Shown piece after piece: positions 42,015 through 50,851 of a DNA stretch of 64,000 nucleotides. Where the stretch lies: positions 6,392 through 70,391 of the forward strand of contig CAZPJW010000003.1 in assembly GCA_964587005.1 (NCBI GenBank), read 5' to 3'. This DNA is from Candidatus Woesearchaeota archaeon (GTDB taxonomy: Archaea; Nanobdellota; Nanobdellia; SCGC-AAA011-G17; PNOQ01). The notes under the pieces were generated by a model, which did not search any database, was not told where the DNA came from, and saw nothing but the letters and a program-made list of their open reading frames with translations. Position numbers and translations under genes: made by a program. Each line of letters opens with the position of its first letter. Position 1 is the stretch's first letter.

Positions 42015-42587
42015 TTATGAAACTACCCTATTTCTGCCCCTTTCTTTAGCTTTATAGAGTTTTTCATCTGCAGATTTGTATAATTTTTCTATATCTGGTT
42101 TTTCTTTTGGTTTAAAATTTGATAATCCTATACTTATTGTAATTTTTTCTTTATTTTTGTAGAACTTTTGTATTGATTTTCTTAGTCTTTCTGCTACTTT
42201 TTTTGAATTTTTTTTATTTGTGTTTGGAAGTATTACTGCGATTTCTTCTCCACCATATCTTCCAATACTTTTTCCAGGGATATCGGTATCTCTGATTTGG
42301 GTTTTTAGTAGTTTTGAGATTTGTTTTAGGACTTCGTCTCCTTTATCATGCCCGTATGTGTCGTTTATTTTTTTGAAATGGTCTATGTCTATGAAAAGTA
42401 AAGATGCTTCTTGCTTTAGTTTGTAGGATCTATTTAGAACTTTTTTGAAGATTTCATCGAATGTTTCTCTTCTTAGTAAATTTGTTAGTTTGTCATACTT
42501 TGCTTTCTTTTTCCATATGATTAATTGTTGTTTTAGCTTTTTGTTTTCTACTTTTAGCTCTTCATTTCGTTTTTCTAATTTTTTCAT
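42015..42587 (-). CDS. GGDEF-domain protein (putative diguanylate cyclase) with an N-terminal coiled coil
   Basis: GGDEF-domain blocks RRETFDE, LLFIDIDHFKKINDTYGHDKGDEVL and RYGGEEIAVIL (GGEEI variant of GG[DE]EF); N-terminal leucine-zipper-like helix. Confidence 0.7.
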   Translation of the reverse strand: MKKLEKRNEELKVENKKLKQQLIIWKKKAKYDKLTNLLRRETFDEIFKKVLNRSYKLKQEASLLFIDIDHFKKINDTYGHDKGDEVLKQISKLLKTQIRDTDIPGKSIGRYGGEEIAVILPNTNKKNSKKVAERLRKSIQKFYKNKEKITISIGLSNFKPKEKPDIEKLYKSADEKLYKAKERGRNRVVS

Positions 42588-42640
42588 AGATTTATTTTAG
42601 AAAGAGCATATTTAAAGTTTATTAAAAAAAGAAAAAAAGG

Positions 42641-43291
42641 TTAAGAATTTAGTTCTTGTTCTATTAGTTGTTCAAAAGCACCAAATGGTTGTGCACCCGA
42701 TAAAGGAATTCCGTTTATGAAAAATGCTGGTGTTCCTCTTACTCCTGCTGCTGAACCATCTCGTAGGTCTTTTTGTACTTCGTCGTAGTTTTTTCCAGAG
42801 TCAAGACAATCATTAAATTCAGTTGTGTCTAATCCTATTTGAGAGGCGTATTGTTTAAAGGACTCAACACCCTGAGATACTCCTGACTCGAAAAGTTTGT
42901 CGTGCATTTCATAGTATTTCCCTTGGTCTCCTGCGCACTCTGCTGCTTCTGCTGCTTTTTGTGCGTTTCGATGACTACTTAATGGGAAATCTCTATAAGC
43001 GAATTTGACCTTTCCTGTGTCAATATATTTTTCTTCTATTAATTTTAGTGTTTGTGAATAGAATCTTGCACAGTAAGGACATTCGTAATCAGAAAATTCT
43101 ACGATTGTTACTGGAGCATTTGAATCTCCTTTTATAGTATCATCATCTAAAGATACTTGTACTCTTTGTACTACTTGTTCTTCTTGTATTGTATTTCCAG
43201 TTTGACTTGTTTCATTTGAATTTATAAAAAAGGTTGCTACTAACAATATTGCTAAAACTCCTACAGTTATCTTTAATCCTTTGTTTTTCAT
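42641..43291 (-). CDS. DsbA-like thiol:disulfide oxidoreductase (secreted/anchored)
   Basis: N-terminal TM/signal, then a thioredoxin fold with the CPYC active site (FSDYECPYCARF). Confidence 0.7.
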   Translation of the reverse strand: MKNKGLKITVGVLAILLVATFFINSNETSQTGNTIQEEQVVQRVQVSLDDDTIKGDSNAPVTIVEFSDYECPYCARFYSQTLKLIEEKYIDTGKVKFAYRDFPLSSHRNAQKAAEAAECAGDQGKYYEMHDKLFESGVSQGVESFKQYASQIGLDTTEFNDCLDSGKNYDEVQKDLRDGSAAGVRGTPAFFINGIPLSGAQPFGAFEQLIEQELNS

Positions 43292-43433
43292 ATTTTGCCT
43301 CCTTTATTCTACTAGAGAATTGTTTTAATAAATTAACAATTGTTTATTTATAAGCCTTTTGAAAGAAAAATCAGATTAATAGAAAGAACCTAGTGTTCGG
43401 TAAACTTATATATTGGAGGTAATTTCGTTTTAG

Positions 43434-43844
43434 ATGGTACCATTGTTAGAATTAGAAACTCCCGAGGCGATCTTTAGAAATGATATGCGTGGAGAAGGTC
43501 ATTTCTTTATTGATTGTAGTTGTGGTGGCATGGATGGAAGCTATTCTGGGTTTCATTATAAAAATACTGCCGATGAGGCAACTCATCGGGCAGATCATTA
43601 TGATGCAAGTGAGGAAAGCGATGCAAAAGAACATACTTTCTATATTGGCGAATTATTCTTCCTTATGGCTTTAGAGGCACAAGAGGAAGAGATGGGAGAT
43701 AAACCATTAGTTGTAGTATGTAATGATTGTCAAAGAGAATTTCCATTTACTTTAGACTCTTATGAGGAGTTAAATGAAAGAATGCGGGCAGAATATAGTC
43801 GTAGAGTGTTTGAAAAGGACCATCCCTCAGGCCAATCCAAATGA
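43434..43844 (+). CDS. Hypothetical acidic protein with CxC...CxxC motifs
   Basis: 136 aa; IDCSCGG ... VVCNDCQ; GC-richer than its neighbours. Confidence 0.3.
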   Translation: MVPLLELETPEAIFRNDMRGEGHFFIDCSCGGMDGSYSGFHYKNTADEATHRADHYDASEESDAKEHTFYIGELFFLMALEAQEEEMGDKPLVVVCNDCQREFPFTLDSYEELNERMRAEYSRRVFEKDHPSGQSK

Positions 43845-44099
43845 TTCTACGAATTTTGTTATTTGAGTATAACCACTTAGATAATTAAAACCTTTTTCAG
43901 TTAAAGAATAAGTTTTTCCTTTTTCATTTTTTAATTCGTTAATAAAACCTTTTCCGATTAGTTCATCTAAATATTGTTGCATCATTTGATGAGATAGGTT
44001 TGACTTGTAAAGAATGTGCGTGGGCTTTATTTTCTCTCCCTTATCCCTGATAACCTCCAGAATGTCATAAATGATCTGGAGTCTGTCTCGCTTTTTCAT
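43827..44099 (-). CDS. Small winged-helix DNA-binding protein
   Basis: 90 aa; predicted wHTH (THILYKSNLSHQMMQQYLDELIGKGFINE); 3' end overlaps the start of 43434–43844 and the start overlaps the upstream membrane-protein stop. Confidence 0.45.
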   Translation of the reverse strand: MKKRDRLQIIYDILEVIRDKGEKIKPTHILYKSNLSHQMMQQYLDELIGKGFINELKNEKGKTYSLTEKGFNYLSGYTQITKFVESFGLA

Positions 44100-44758
44100 T
44101 TCTTAAACACCATGATTAAATTGAGTAGGATGAGCACGTAACTTGCTAATTCGAGGTAATGCCCAATTACATAAAATAGACTATGGTTTATCGAAAATAT
44201 GAAGTGAACATCACTTAAGAAAAGAAGCAAGAATGCTATGAATACTAAAAATGTGTTGAATTGTTTTTTTTCTATAAAATTTTTCAAGTAATGATGTGAG
44301 ATGAAAAGTAAATATGTTGAAGAAATTATGAAAAATGTGTAAATTGGATCTTTTCCTAAATAAATTGGCAAGATTGAAATTAGGGCCAAAAGTAAAAATA
44401 TTTTTATGTTTCTTGGCTTTAGAGTTATTAAAATTATTAAAATTAGTCCTAATAACATGAAAATCATGTGGGTATATAGTGCATTTAAGCCCAAGTTAAC
44501 AACCTGACTTACTTGTTGCAGAACGTCTACATTTTGACTTAATTCAAATAATATCCCGATGTTTAAAATTGACTGAACGAAATATGATGCCGAAAATAAT
44601 AGGAAGGCCATACCAAATAAAACTGCAGATTTCTCCCTGGATGCTTTATATATTTTAAATGAATATAGTGAAACGAATAGAGTTATTATAGCAAAAGCTA
44701 ATTCAAAGATAATGCTTTGATTAAAGAACCAGTTCGGACAAAACCCTAAAGATACCAT
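44096..44758 (-). CDS. Integral membrane protein (about 6 TM)
   Basis: Highly hydrophobic; translationally coupled with the downstream wHTH gene. Confidence 0.35.
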   Translation of the reverse strand: MVSLGFCPNWFFNQSIIFELAFAIITLFVSLYSFKIYKASREKSAVLFGMAFLLFSASYFVQSILNIGILFELSQNVDVLQQVSQVVNLGLNALYTHMIFMLLGLILIILITLKPRNIKIFLLLALISILPIYLGKDPIYTFFIISSTYLLFISHHYLKNFIEKKQFNTFLVFIAFLLLFLSDVHFIFSINHSLFYVIGHYLELASYVLILLNLIMVFKK

Positions 44759-45105
44759 TGTCTAGTTATCAAAATGTAATGATGGTTAATTTTTAAGCTT
44801 TACGTATTTGGTTTCTTTATTTTCTTTCTGAAGCTCATTTTAATAATCCCTTTATAAGGAAAAATCTAATTTTTGTTTAAATGGAGGTGATTGCCATGGA
44901 TAAGTTGGATAATATAATTGAGTTGAAGTTTAAAGAGTATAGGATAGAGTTTTGGGAGAGATATGGTAAAATCTTAGAAAACGAGGAGGGGATATTGTGA
45001 AACGCAAAATAAAATACAGTAGGTATTATGTATCTAGGTTGTTTGAGATGGGATATTTTGGAGATGGGGATTTTGTGGATTCGAGAAATAGTGATTTGGT
45101 AGAAA

Positions 45106-45681
45106 TTAGTTAGTTTTTTCGTCTGAAGATCCGATTTTCTTGGTTACTATGAATCCTGCGCTTATACTAGTACCAGAGATTTTTTCTGTTGTTATGCCCG
45201 ATAATGATTTTCTTGTTTGTTCTCCAGTTCTGTTTATTATTGATAATATAAAATCTAGGTTTGCGCTATTTGTTTCTGCTAGGGTTTTTAATCCATATAG
45301 CTCAAATGCTCTTGCTCCGGTTTCAAGATAGTATTCTTCTGAGTTGGCTGGATGTGCCCTTTTACTTGAGCTGTAATCTACTATAGATGCTCCAAGAGAG
45401 AAACCATCAAAGTTTCTCTTTAGACCTAAACCATAGCCTCCAAGAAATTCTGTGCCTCCTTTGAAACCATTGTCCACTCTTATGCTTGATTTTAATATTG
45501 CGGTTAAGTCAAAAGGTAATGGGACCGGTAATTCTAATCCAACATTCATATTTCCTGCTGTTTGTTCCATTGGGAAATCTGCTTGTATCGGAATTTGGTA
45601 TTGAAAACATTGGTTATTAGAAGCAAGAGTGGCAGAAGTTATTCCTAAAAGAGCTGTCAATGTGGCTACTGCTTTGTACAT
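45106..45681 (-). CDS. Secreted hypothetical protein (signal peptide, Gly/Ser-rich β-strand-like repeats)
   Basis: Cleavable signal MYKAVATLTALLGITSATLA; alternating hydrophobic patterns suggestive of β structure. Confidence 0.35.
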   Translation of the reverse strand: MYKAVATLTALLGITSATLASNNQCFQYQIPIQADFPMEQTAGNMNVGLELPVPLPFDLTAILKSSIRVDNGFKGGTEFLGGYGLGLKRNFDGFSLGASIVDYSSSKRAHPANSEEYYLETGARAFELYGLKTLAETNSANLDFILSIINRTGEQTRKSLSGITTEKISGTSISAGFIVTKKIGSSDEKTN

Positions 45682-45718
45682 AGTAAATTAGGAAGTCTTA
45701 GGTTGCTTATAAATTTTC

Positions 45719-45916
45719 TTATCCTCCAGAAATAACTGAAAGGAATTTTAATTCATCGTTTTCTTTTAATTTTGAGGTTTCTGTTACTAAGGCATTATTT
45801 TTTATTATGATAACTTCTTCTAGATTTATGCTTAGCTTTTCGGCTGCTTCTTTTATTGAGGAAACGTTTATTTGTTTTTTTATGTCGTTTCTTTCGTCGT
45901 AAACTTTTATTTTCAT
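45719..45916 (-). CDS. Ubiquitin-like small archaeal modifier (ThiS/MoaD fold, C-terminal Gly-Gly)
   Basis: MKIKVYDERNDIKKQINV...ELKFLSVISGG; a β-grasp-length peptide ending in GG; the ORF track start at 45949 is an over-extension. Confidence 0.6.
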   Translation of the reverse strand: MKIKVYDERNDIKKQINVSSIKEAAEKLSINLEEVIIIKNNALVTETSKLKENDELKFLSVISGG

Positions 45917-46821
45917 TTTATTTGTTTTATTAGTTTGCAGGTTTGGCATTCTTCTTTTGATGAAGGTTCACCACAGGTTTTGCAATATTTTATTTTCCCT
46001 TTTTTATAATTTTCTTTTAGTAGTGGAAGTATTTCTATAAATGAGTTTATTATTGAATGTTTTGATGAAGGGTATTTTTTGTCTAGATTGTTTATTAGTT
46101 TCCTAATTTCATCTCTGTATGCGTTCTTTGCATAGGGGCATTCATTGTAATCTGATGAAAGGTTTTTTAGATAGGCATATGTCATAATTTCTTTTTCGGT
46201 TAGAAAATATAATGGTTTTATTCTTCTTATGAACTTTTTATCTTTTTTTATTCCAGTTATTGGTCCTAGTCTTGCTGAAGCGGCTACATTGTTTCTGAAT
46301 TGGTTCATTAAGATAGATTGGGCCTCATCATCTAGATTGTGACCGGTTGCAAGAACATCAAATTTTAATCTTTGAGCTAAACTATTTAATAGGTATCTTC
46401 TGAAAACCCCACATACCGAACAAGGCAGAATTTTATTCTTTTTAAGGATTTGATCAAGAGTTTTTCCAAATTCTTTTTTATATGAAGTTGTTTTTAATGG
46501 AATTTTTAGTTCTTTGCAAACTTTTTTTGCGAATTTTATTGTTTCATCTCTGTAACCTTTTATTCCTTCATCGATTGCTATTGCAGTTAATTTTGTTGTT
46601 TTTTGAGGTTTGGTTATTTGATTTAGAACGTAAAGTGTTGTTAGGGAATCTTTTCCTCCAGAAACTGCTATTCCTATATGTTGTCCTTTTTTGAAAAGTT
46701 TATACTGTCTGATTGTTTTTCTGACTTTTCTTTCAAAGTATTTTATGAAGCAAGTTTTACAAAGAGAGATATTACTATTTGGAAGCTTAATTACTGGTTT
46801 TAGTTTACAATTTTTGCACAT
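45913..46821 (-). CDS. ncsA: tRNA 2-thiolation PP-loop ATPase (NcsA/Ncs6/TtcA family)
   Basis: N-terminal CKNC...CKTC zinc finger, PP-loop SGGKDS, C-terminal CKTCGE...CQTC zinc finger. Confidence 0.8.
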   Translation of the reverse strand: MCKNCKLKPVIKLPNSNISLCKTCFIKYFERKVRKTIRQYKLFKKGQHIGIAVSGGKDSLTTLYVLNQITKPQKTTKLTAIAIDEGIKGYRDETIKFAKKVCKELKIPLKTTSYKKEFGKTLDQILKKNKILPCSVCGVFRRYLLNSLAQRLKFDVLATGHNLDDEAQSILMNQFRNNVAASARLGPITGIKKDKKFIRRIKPLYFLTEKEIMTYAYLKNLSSDYNECPYAKNAYRDEIRKLINNLDKKYPSSKHSIINSFIEILPLLKENYKKGKIKYCKTCGEPSSKEECQTCKLIKQIK

Positions 46822-46874
46822 AGAAAATTAGGAAGTTAAATGGTTTATAAAATTAATGAAAAAAAGAAAAAAGG

Positions 46875-47789
46875 TTAACAGCTTCCTGATGCTGTCCCTT
46901 GTGTGTCATCTAGTACTTCATCACAAATTCCTGGTGCGTTGTTAAATCCAGAACAGATTGCTGTTTTTATTCCGTCTTGTGTTCTTGCAGGACTTATTTT
47001 AACACCGTTTAGGAAAAATGTTGGTGATCCTCCAACTCCATTTTCATCTGCGTAGACAACATTTTCACTTAATAGATCTGAACCTTCGTTGTTGAAACAG
47101 TCTAATATTATTGTTGCGTCTATTCCAACTTGTTCTGCACATGTTCCCCAGATTGTGTCTAGATTTCTATAATCTTCTGCCACACATAGCAAATAGTCGA
47201 AATATTTTTCTGGGTAATTTTTCTCTACACATAACTGTCTTATATTTCCATCAACTTCAGGTTGTCCGTGTAGACTACTAAATGTTCCGTCTCCATTATC
47301 ATTTGCAATAAATCTTAGATTGAACTCAATATCATCTCCGAACAATTCTACCACCGGAAATGTGATTTCTTCTGCTTGTGTACCATATGGACATTGAGAC
47401 ATTACATATAGATCCAGAACTGGTTTGTCTGTTTTTGGTACGTTTGCTGGTGCTGGAGGTTCGGGTTTATCTTCTTGCTCAACTTCTTTTAGTTCTACTA
47501 ATGGTTGGACAAGATATTCTCCAGATTTTGTTATGTACAAGAATTGCGGTGCGCCATTTAGAGTTACGGGTACTTTATATAGGCCACCTTCAGTAATAAC
47601 GTCTCCAGTTATTTCTGCTTGCGTTCCTTCTTGCAATATTTCCATGTTAATAAATTCAATGGCATCCTTTGCTACCATATTGCCAGTTTTGAATGATAGG
47701 CCACAACCAGAGGTTGCAGTAACAAAGACAAATATGATTAGAATGGCAAAAGTACTAATTTTCCATTTGTTTAATTTTTTTTCTGTCAA
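46875..47789 (-). CDS. Secreted lipoprotein-like protein with a C-terminal thioredoxin-like (CPYG) domain
   Basis: Signal plus TSGC lipobox; the C-terminal LDLYVMSQCPYGTQAE resembles DsbA/thioredoxin-like folds. Confidence 0.45.
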   Translation of the reverse strand: MTEKKLNKWKISTFAILIIFVFVTATSGCGLSFKTGNMVAKDAIEFINMEILQEGTQAEITGDVITEGGLYKVPVTLNGAPQFLYITKSGEYLVQPLVELKEVEQEDKPEPPAPANVPKTDKPVLDLYVMSQCPYGTQAEEITFPVVELFGDDIEFNLRFIANDNGDGTFSSLHGQPEVDGNIRQLCVEKNYPEKYFDYLLCVAEDYRNLDTIWGTCAEQVGIDATIILDCFNNEGSDLLSENVVYADENGVGGSPTFFLNGVKISPARTQDGIKTAICSGFNNAPGICDEVLDDTQGTASGSC

Positions 47790-47835
47790 TTTTTATTCCC
47801 CCTTTCTTGTTCGTTTTGATTACTCTTAAAGTTTT

Positions 47836-48567
47836 TTAAATCTTTCGTATATTTTTCAAAACTATTATTGAGATTATAAATAACGGAATTGAAATCCATT
47901 GTCCATAAGTTAGTCCTGAAAAAATTACTTGGTCTTTGAAAAATTCTATTATAAATCTAAATAGAGAATAGAGTGCTATGAACATCCAGAAGATAACTCC
48001 GCGCTTTATATTTTTAACTTTGTAGAAGTTTAAGAGAATTATGAAAATGAAAAAATTCTTTATTGATTCGTATATTTGTGAAGGATGTCTTAGTCCTTCT
48101 AGATTATCATAATATATCCCCCAGGGAACGTTTGTTATTCTTCCAGGAAATTCTTGGTTAAGGAAGTTTCCTATTCTTCCTAGACTTAATCCTAATGCTA
48201 AAGGAATAACGATTATGTCTGCTATGTCGTAGAAATGTATTTTATATTTTTTACAGAAGAAATATGTTCCTATTATTGCTCCGAGTAAACCCCCATGAAA
48301 AGCCATTCCTCCTTGCCAGATGTAAAATACCCTTAGTAGATTATCTTGGTATAAATGGAAGTTGAGTATTACTGCTAAAAGTCTTGCTCCAATTATGCTG
48401 CTTGGAATTAAATAAACAAAATAATCATAGATTTGTTGTTTTGTTATATTTCTCTTTTTTGCAAGTTTTATTGAGATTGGGATTGCTATTAAGAAACCTA
48501 GGGCGAATATTATCCCATACCAATGTATCTGTAATGTTCCTATTGTGAATGCTATTGGATCAATCAT
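47836..48567 (-). CDS. lgt: Prolipoprotein diacylglyceryl transferase (Lgt-like)
   Basis: Lgt signature blocks: IHWYGIIFALGF, IGARL, WQGGMAFHGGLLGAI, GRIGNFLNQE, VPWG; multi-TM. Confidence 0.8.
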   Translation of the reverse strand: MIDPIAFTIGTLQIHWYGIIFALGFLIAIPISIKLAKKRNITKQQIYDYFVYLIPSSIIGARLLAVILNFHLYQDNLLRVFYIWQGGMAFHGGLLGAIIGTYFFCKKYKIHFYDIADIIVIPLALGLSLGRIGNFLNQEFPGRITNVPWGIYYDNLEGLRHPSQIYESIKNFFIFIILLNFYKVKNIKRGVIFWMFIALYSLFRFIIEFFKDQVIFSGLTYGQWISIPLFIISIIVLKNIRKI

Positions 48568-48637
48568 TGGTTTTTGTAGATTATTGATTCTTTTTAAATT
48601 TATAGAAATCTTTTTATATATCTTATTTATTTTTTAG

Positions 48638-49084
48638 TTGATGATATGTGTAATTGCAATGGTTGTTTTTGGAGTAATGGCAATATTTTCTGCGAGTCAT
48701 AGGCCGTTAGCGAAAGAAGCATTTGATTGTGTTTTTAGAAGAATTACTTTGAGGAGTTGTCAATCTGGTTTGGATGTTAAATTGAAAGCTAAATTGGTTG
48801 GTAGTTTAATGAGGAAGAATTCTAAGTTTGCCAGGCCCGTGTATAAACATTTTGAAATGGTTTCTTGGATATTTGTCATTATTTTCTTTGTAAGTTTAGT
48901 TTATTCGGGAGTATCTGTTTATAATTTAGCTGTGCATGATAATTGTGCTGGCCCAGATGCAGATCCAGAAGAATGTATTTTTGTTCCTAATAATGAAGCA
49001 GTAAGTTGTGGCGATCCTTTATGTGAATCTGGAGAATGTGAAGTTTGTGGAGAAGTATGTGGTTGTCATGAGTGTGAAGGTTAA
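48638..49084 (+). CDS. Membrane protein with a Cys-rich C-terminal domain
   Basis: Two TM helices, then CAGPDADPEECIF...SCGDPLCESGECEVCGEVCGCHECEG. Confidence 0.3.
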   Translation: MMICVIAMVVFGVMAIFSASHRPLAKEAFDCVFRRITLRSCQSGLDVKLKAKLVGSLMRKNSKFARPVYKHFEMVSWIFVIIFFVSLVYSGVSVYNLAVHDNCAGPDADPEECIFVPNNEAVSCGDPLCESGECEVCGEVCGCHECEG

Positions 49085-50760
49085 TCTCTTAAATTTACTC
49101 TGATTTGGTCTGCTCTTTCTTTCATTAATTCTTTGTGCTTTTTTTTATCATAGGTCGGGTCAAATGGAATAATTTTTGAACAATGGGTTTTGTCTGGACA
49201 GAACCCAATATAACCACATTTTGGAACCACTAATCCGGCCATATGATCTGGGAAGTCAGGTGAACCAGTAATTAATTTCATTTCTCTTTCTGTTAAATCT
49301 TGCATTTCGGGTTCTGCATGATTACATAGTCTTAAAGATGCGTATCCAGATGTTAGGTTATATAGGTCCCATTTTTTTGTAACTCCAACTTTCATTCCTC
49401 TTGGAACCACCGCTATTGCATCACTTTTTGGAATTCCCATCTCAATTAAAGCGTTATATGTTCTTACAGACTCATAAATTCTATCTCTCCAAAGTTTGAA
49501 GTTATCTTCATCAGATTCTACTGAAGCTGGAACGGAGGAAATTGACTTGAGCATGCCGAAATCCAGTAAGCCGGAAGACAACATTTTGTTTGCTCTTTCT
49601 AAAGCATCGTAAATGGACTCTACTGTTTGTGGCATTGTCCTATGTCTTTTTACTTCTCCCCAAACTCTCCAAGGAGTATTTGTAGCAGTTACTGCATCAA
49701 ATTCTGTATTGTGGTCATGGATAATATTGTCTAATTCTTTTAGTATGTTTCTCCACCCCCTTCTTATGTCCCCAGGCTCTCTAAATAATTCTTCTCTTCT
49801 TTCTAGATATGCTTTTACTCTTCTTTCTAGATCTTTTGTTGGAGTACTTGTTAGGGATAATAAAGCAGGTTCGTAAAGTGCATTTTTTTCGTTTTCTTCC
49901 ATAATTTCGTGAGCGTGATTCGTTCTTGAATGGAATAATTCTGGATTTGGACATCCAGTTCTTGCTGCTGCTTTTCTTGCTTCGTAAGTTATGCCCATTC
50001 CCCTTCCGTGAATGATTTTTTCTAATTCCGATAGAATTTCTAGCCCTTCCTTTGGGATTGATTCTTTATCCGCATCTGCACGAATTTTTAAGTTAATTAT
50101 TGTTTCTAGTGGGAAGAAAGCTTCTCCTCCTCCTCTTAAACCATATTGAACTATTTTGCTTGCTACTTGTTTTGGAACGCCATTGGCTTTTAGAGTTTCA
50201 TGTGCTTGAATATTTGATCGAGACGTGTTTAAGTATAAATCTAAGGCTTCTCCCCCCATATCTGCTATTGACTCAGGAACTAGTATTTGTTCTTTTTCAA
50301 TTGGAATTCTTCTTCCAGAAGGCATTAGTGCGCTCATGAATCTTGCACCGGTGAACAGGGAGTCAACAAATTTTGAAGTGTTTCCTTCAAGATAAACCCA
50401 TAATCCCGGGTTTGTTGCAATTGAAGCATGCCCTGCCCCAGCGGAAGCTATTAGGCCAGCGGTAACTTTCTCTGTGAAATCTTGTTCCATCATTTGTTCC
50501 ATTAATTCACCCATTACTCCGGTGTCTTTGTAAGTGATTAGAGAAGCTAGTTGGCCAATTTCATCTGGATTAATAGAATTGTGAATGCTTAATTCTGATT
50601 CAGGGATTAGTATTTTTCCATCTTGAATAAACTCTTTTGGTAGAATTACATTTCCTGCTTTTGTTCTCTTTACTTCTGCTGTTAATTCTCTTTTTAGAAC
50701 TTTTTCAGGACCATATCCCAGCAAGGTAACTTTTGGATCGATAACTTTTATTTCTGACAT
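49081..50760 (-). CDS. Large hypothetical protein (559 aa); weak ThyX-like N-terminus and an RHR motif, family unresolved
   Basis: N-terminus IKVIDPKVTLLGYGPEK resembles ThyX openings and there is an RHRTMPQTVES segment, but the ThyX SxNExSxRY continuation is missing and the protein is about twice ThyX length. Confidence 0.3.
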   Translation of the reverse strand: MSEIKVIDPKVTLLGYGPEKVLKRELTAEVKRTKAGNVILPKEFIQDGKILIPESELSIHNSINPDEIGQLASLITYKDTGVMGELMEQMMEQDFTEKVTAGLIASAGAGHASIATNPGLWVYLEGNTSKFVDSLFTGARFMSALMPSGRRIPIEKEQILVPESIADMGGEALDLYLNTSRSNIQAHETLKANGVPKQVASKIVQYGLRGGGEAFFPLETIINLKIRADADKESIPKEGLEILSELEKIIHGRGMGITYEARKAAARTGCPNPELFHSRTNHAHEIMEENEKNALYEPALLSLTSTPTKDLERRVKAYLERREELFREPGDIRRGWRNILKELDNIIHDHNTEFDAVTATNTPWRVWGEVKRHRTMPQTVESIYDALERANKMLSSGLLDFGMLKSISSVPASVESDEDNFKLWRDRIYESVRTYNALIEMGIPKSDAIAVVPRGMKVGVTKKWDLYNLTSGYASLRLCNHAEPEMQDLTEREMKLITGSPDFPDHMAGLVVPKCGYIGFCPDKTHCSKIIPFDPTYDKKKHKELMKERADQIRVNLRD

Positions 50761-50851
50761 TTTTTTGGAAATGTCTTTAAATTTATAAGGTTATACTATT
50801 TTTAAAATATAATTAGAAACATTTATTAATGGATTACATATTTGTCTTCTA

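Noticed and set aside
44896-45000. 34-aa plus-strand ORF (MDKLDNIIELKFKEYRIEFWERYGKILENEEGIL) preceded by a GGAGGTGA SD-like motif
   Set aside because: It is very short with no motif. It is possibly real, but it cannot be distinguished from chance in an intergenic region.
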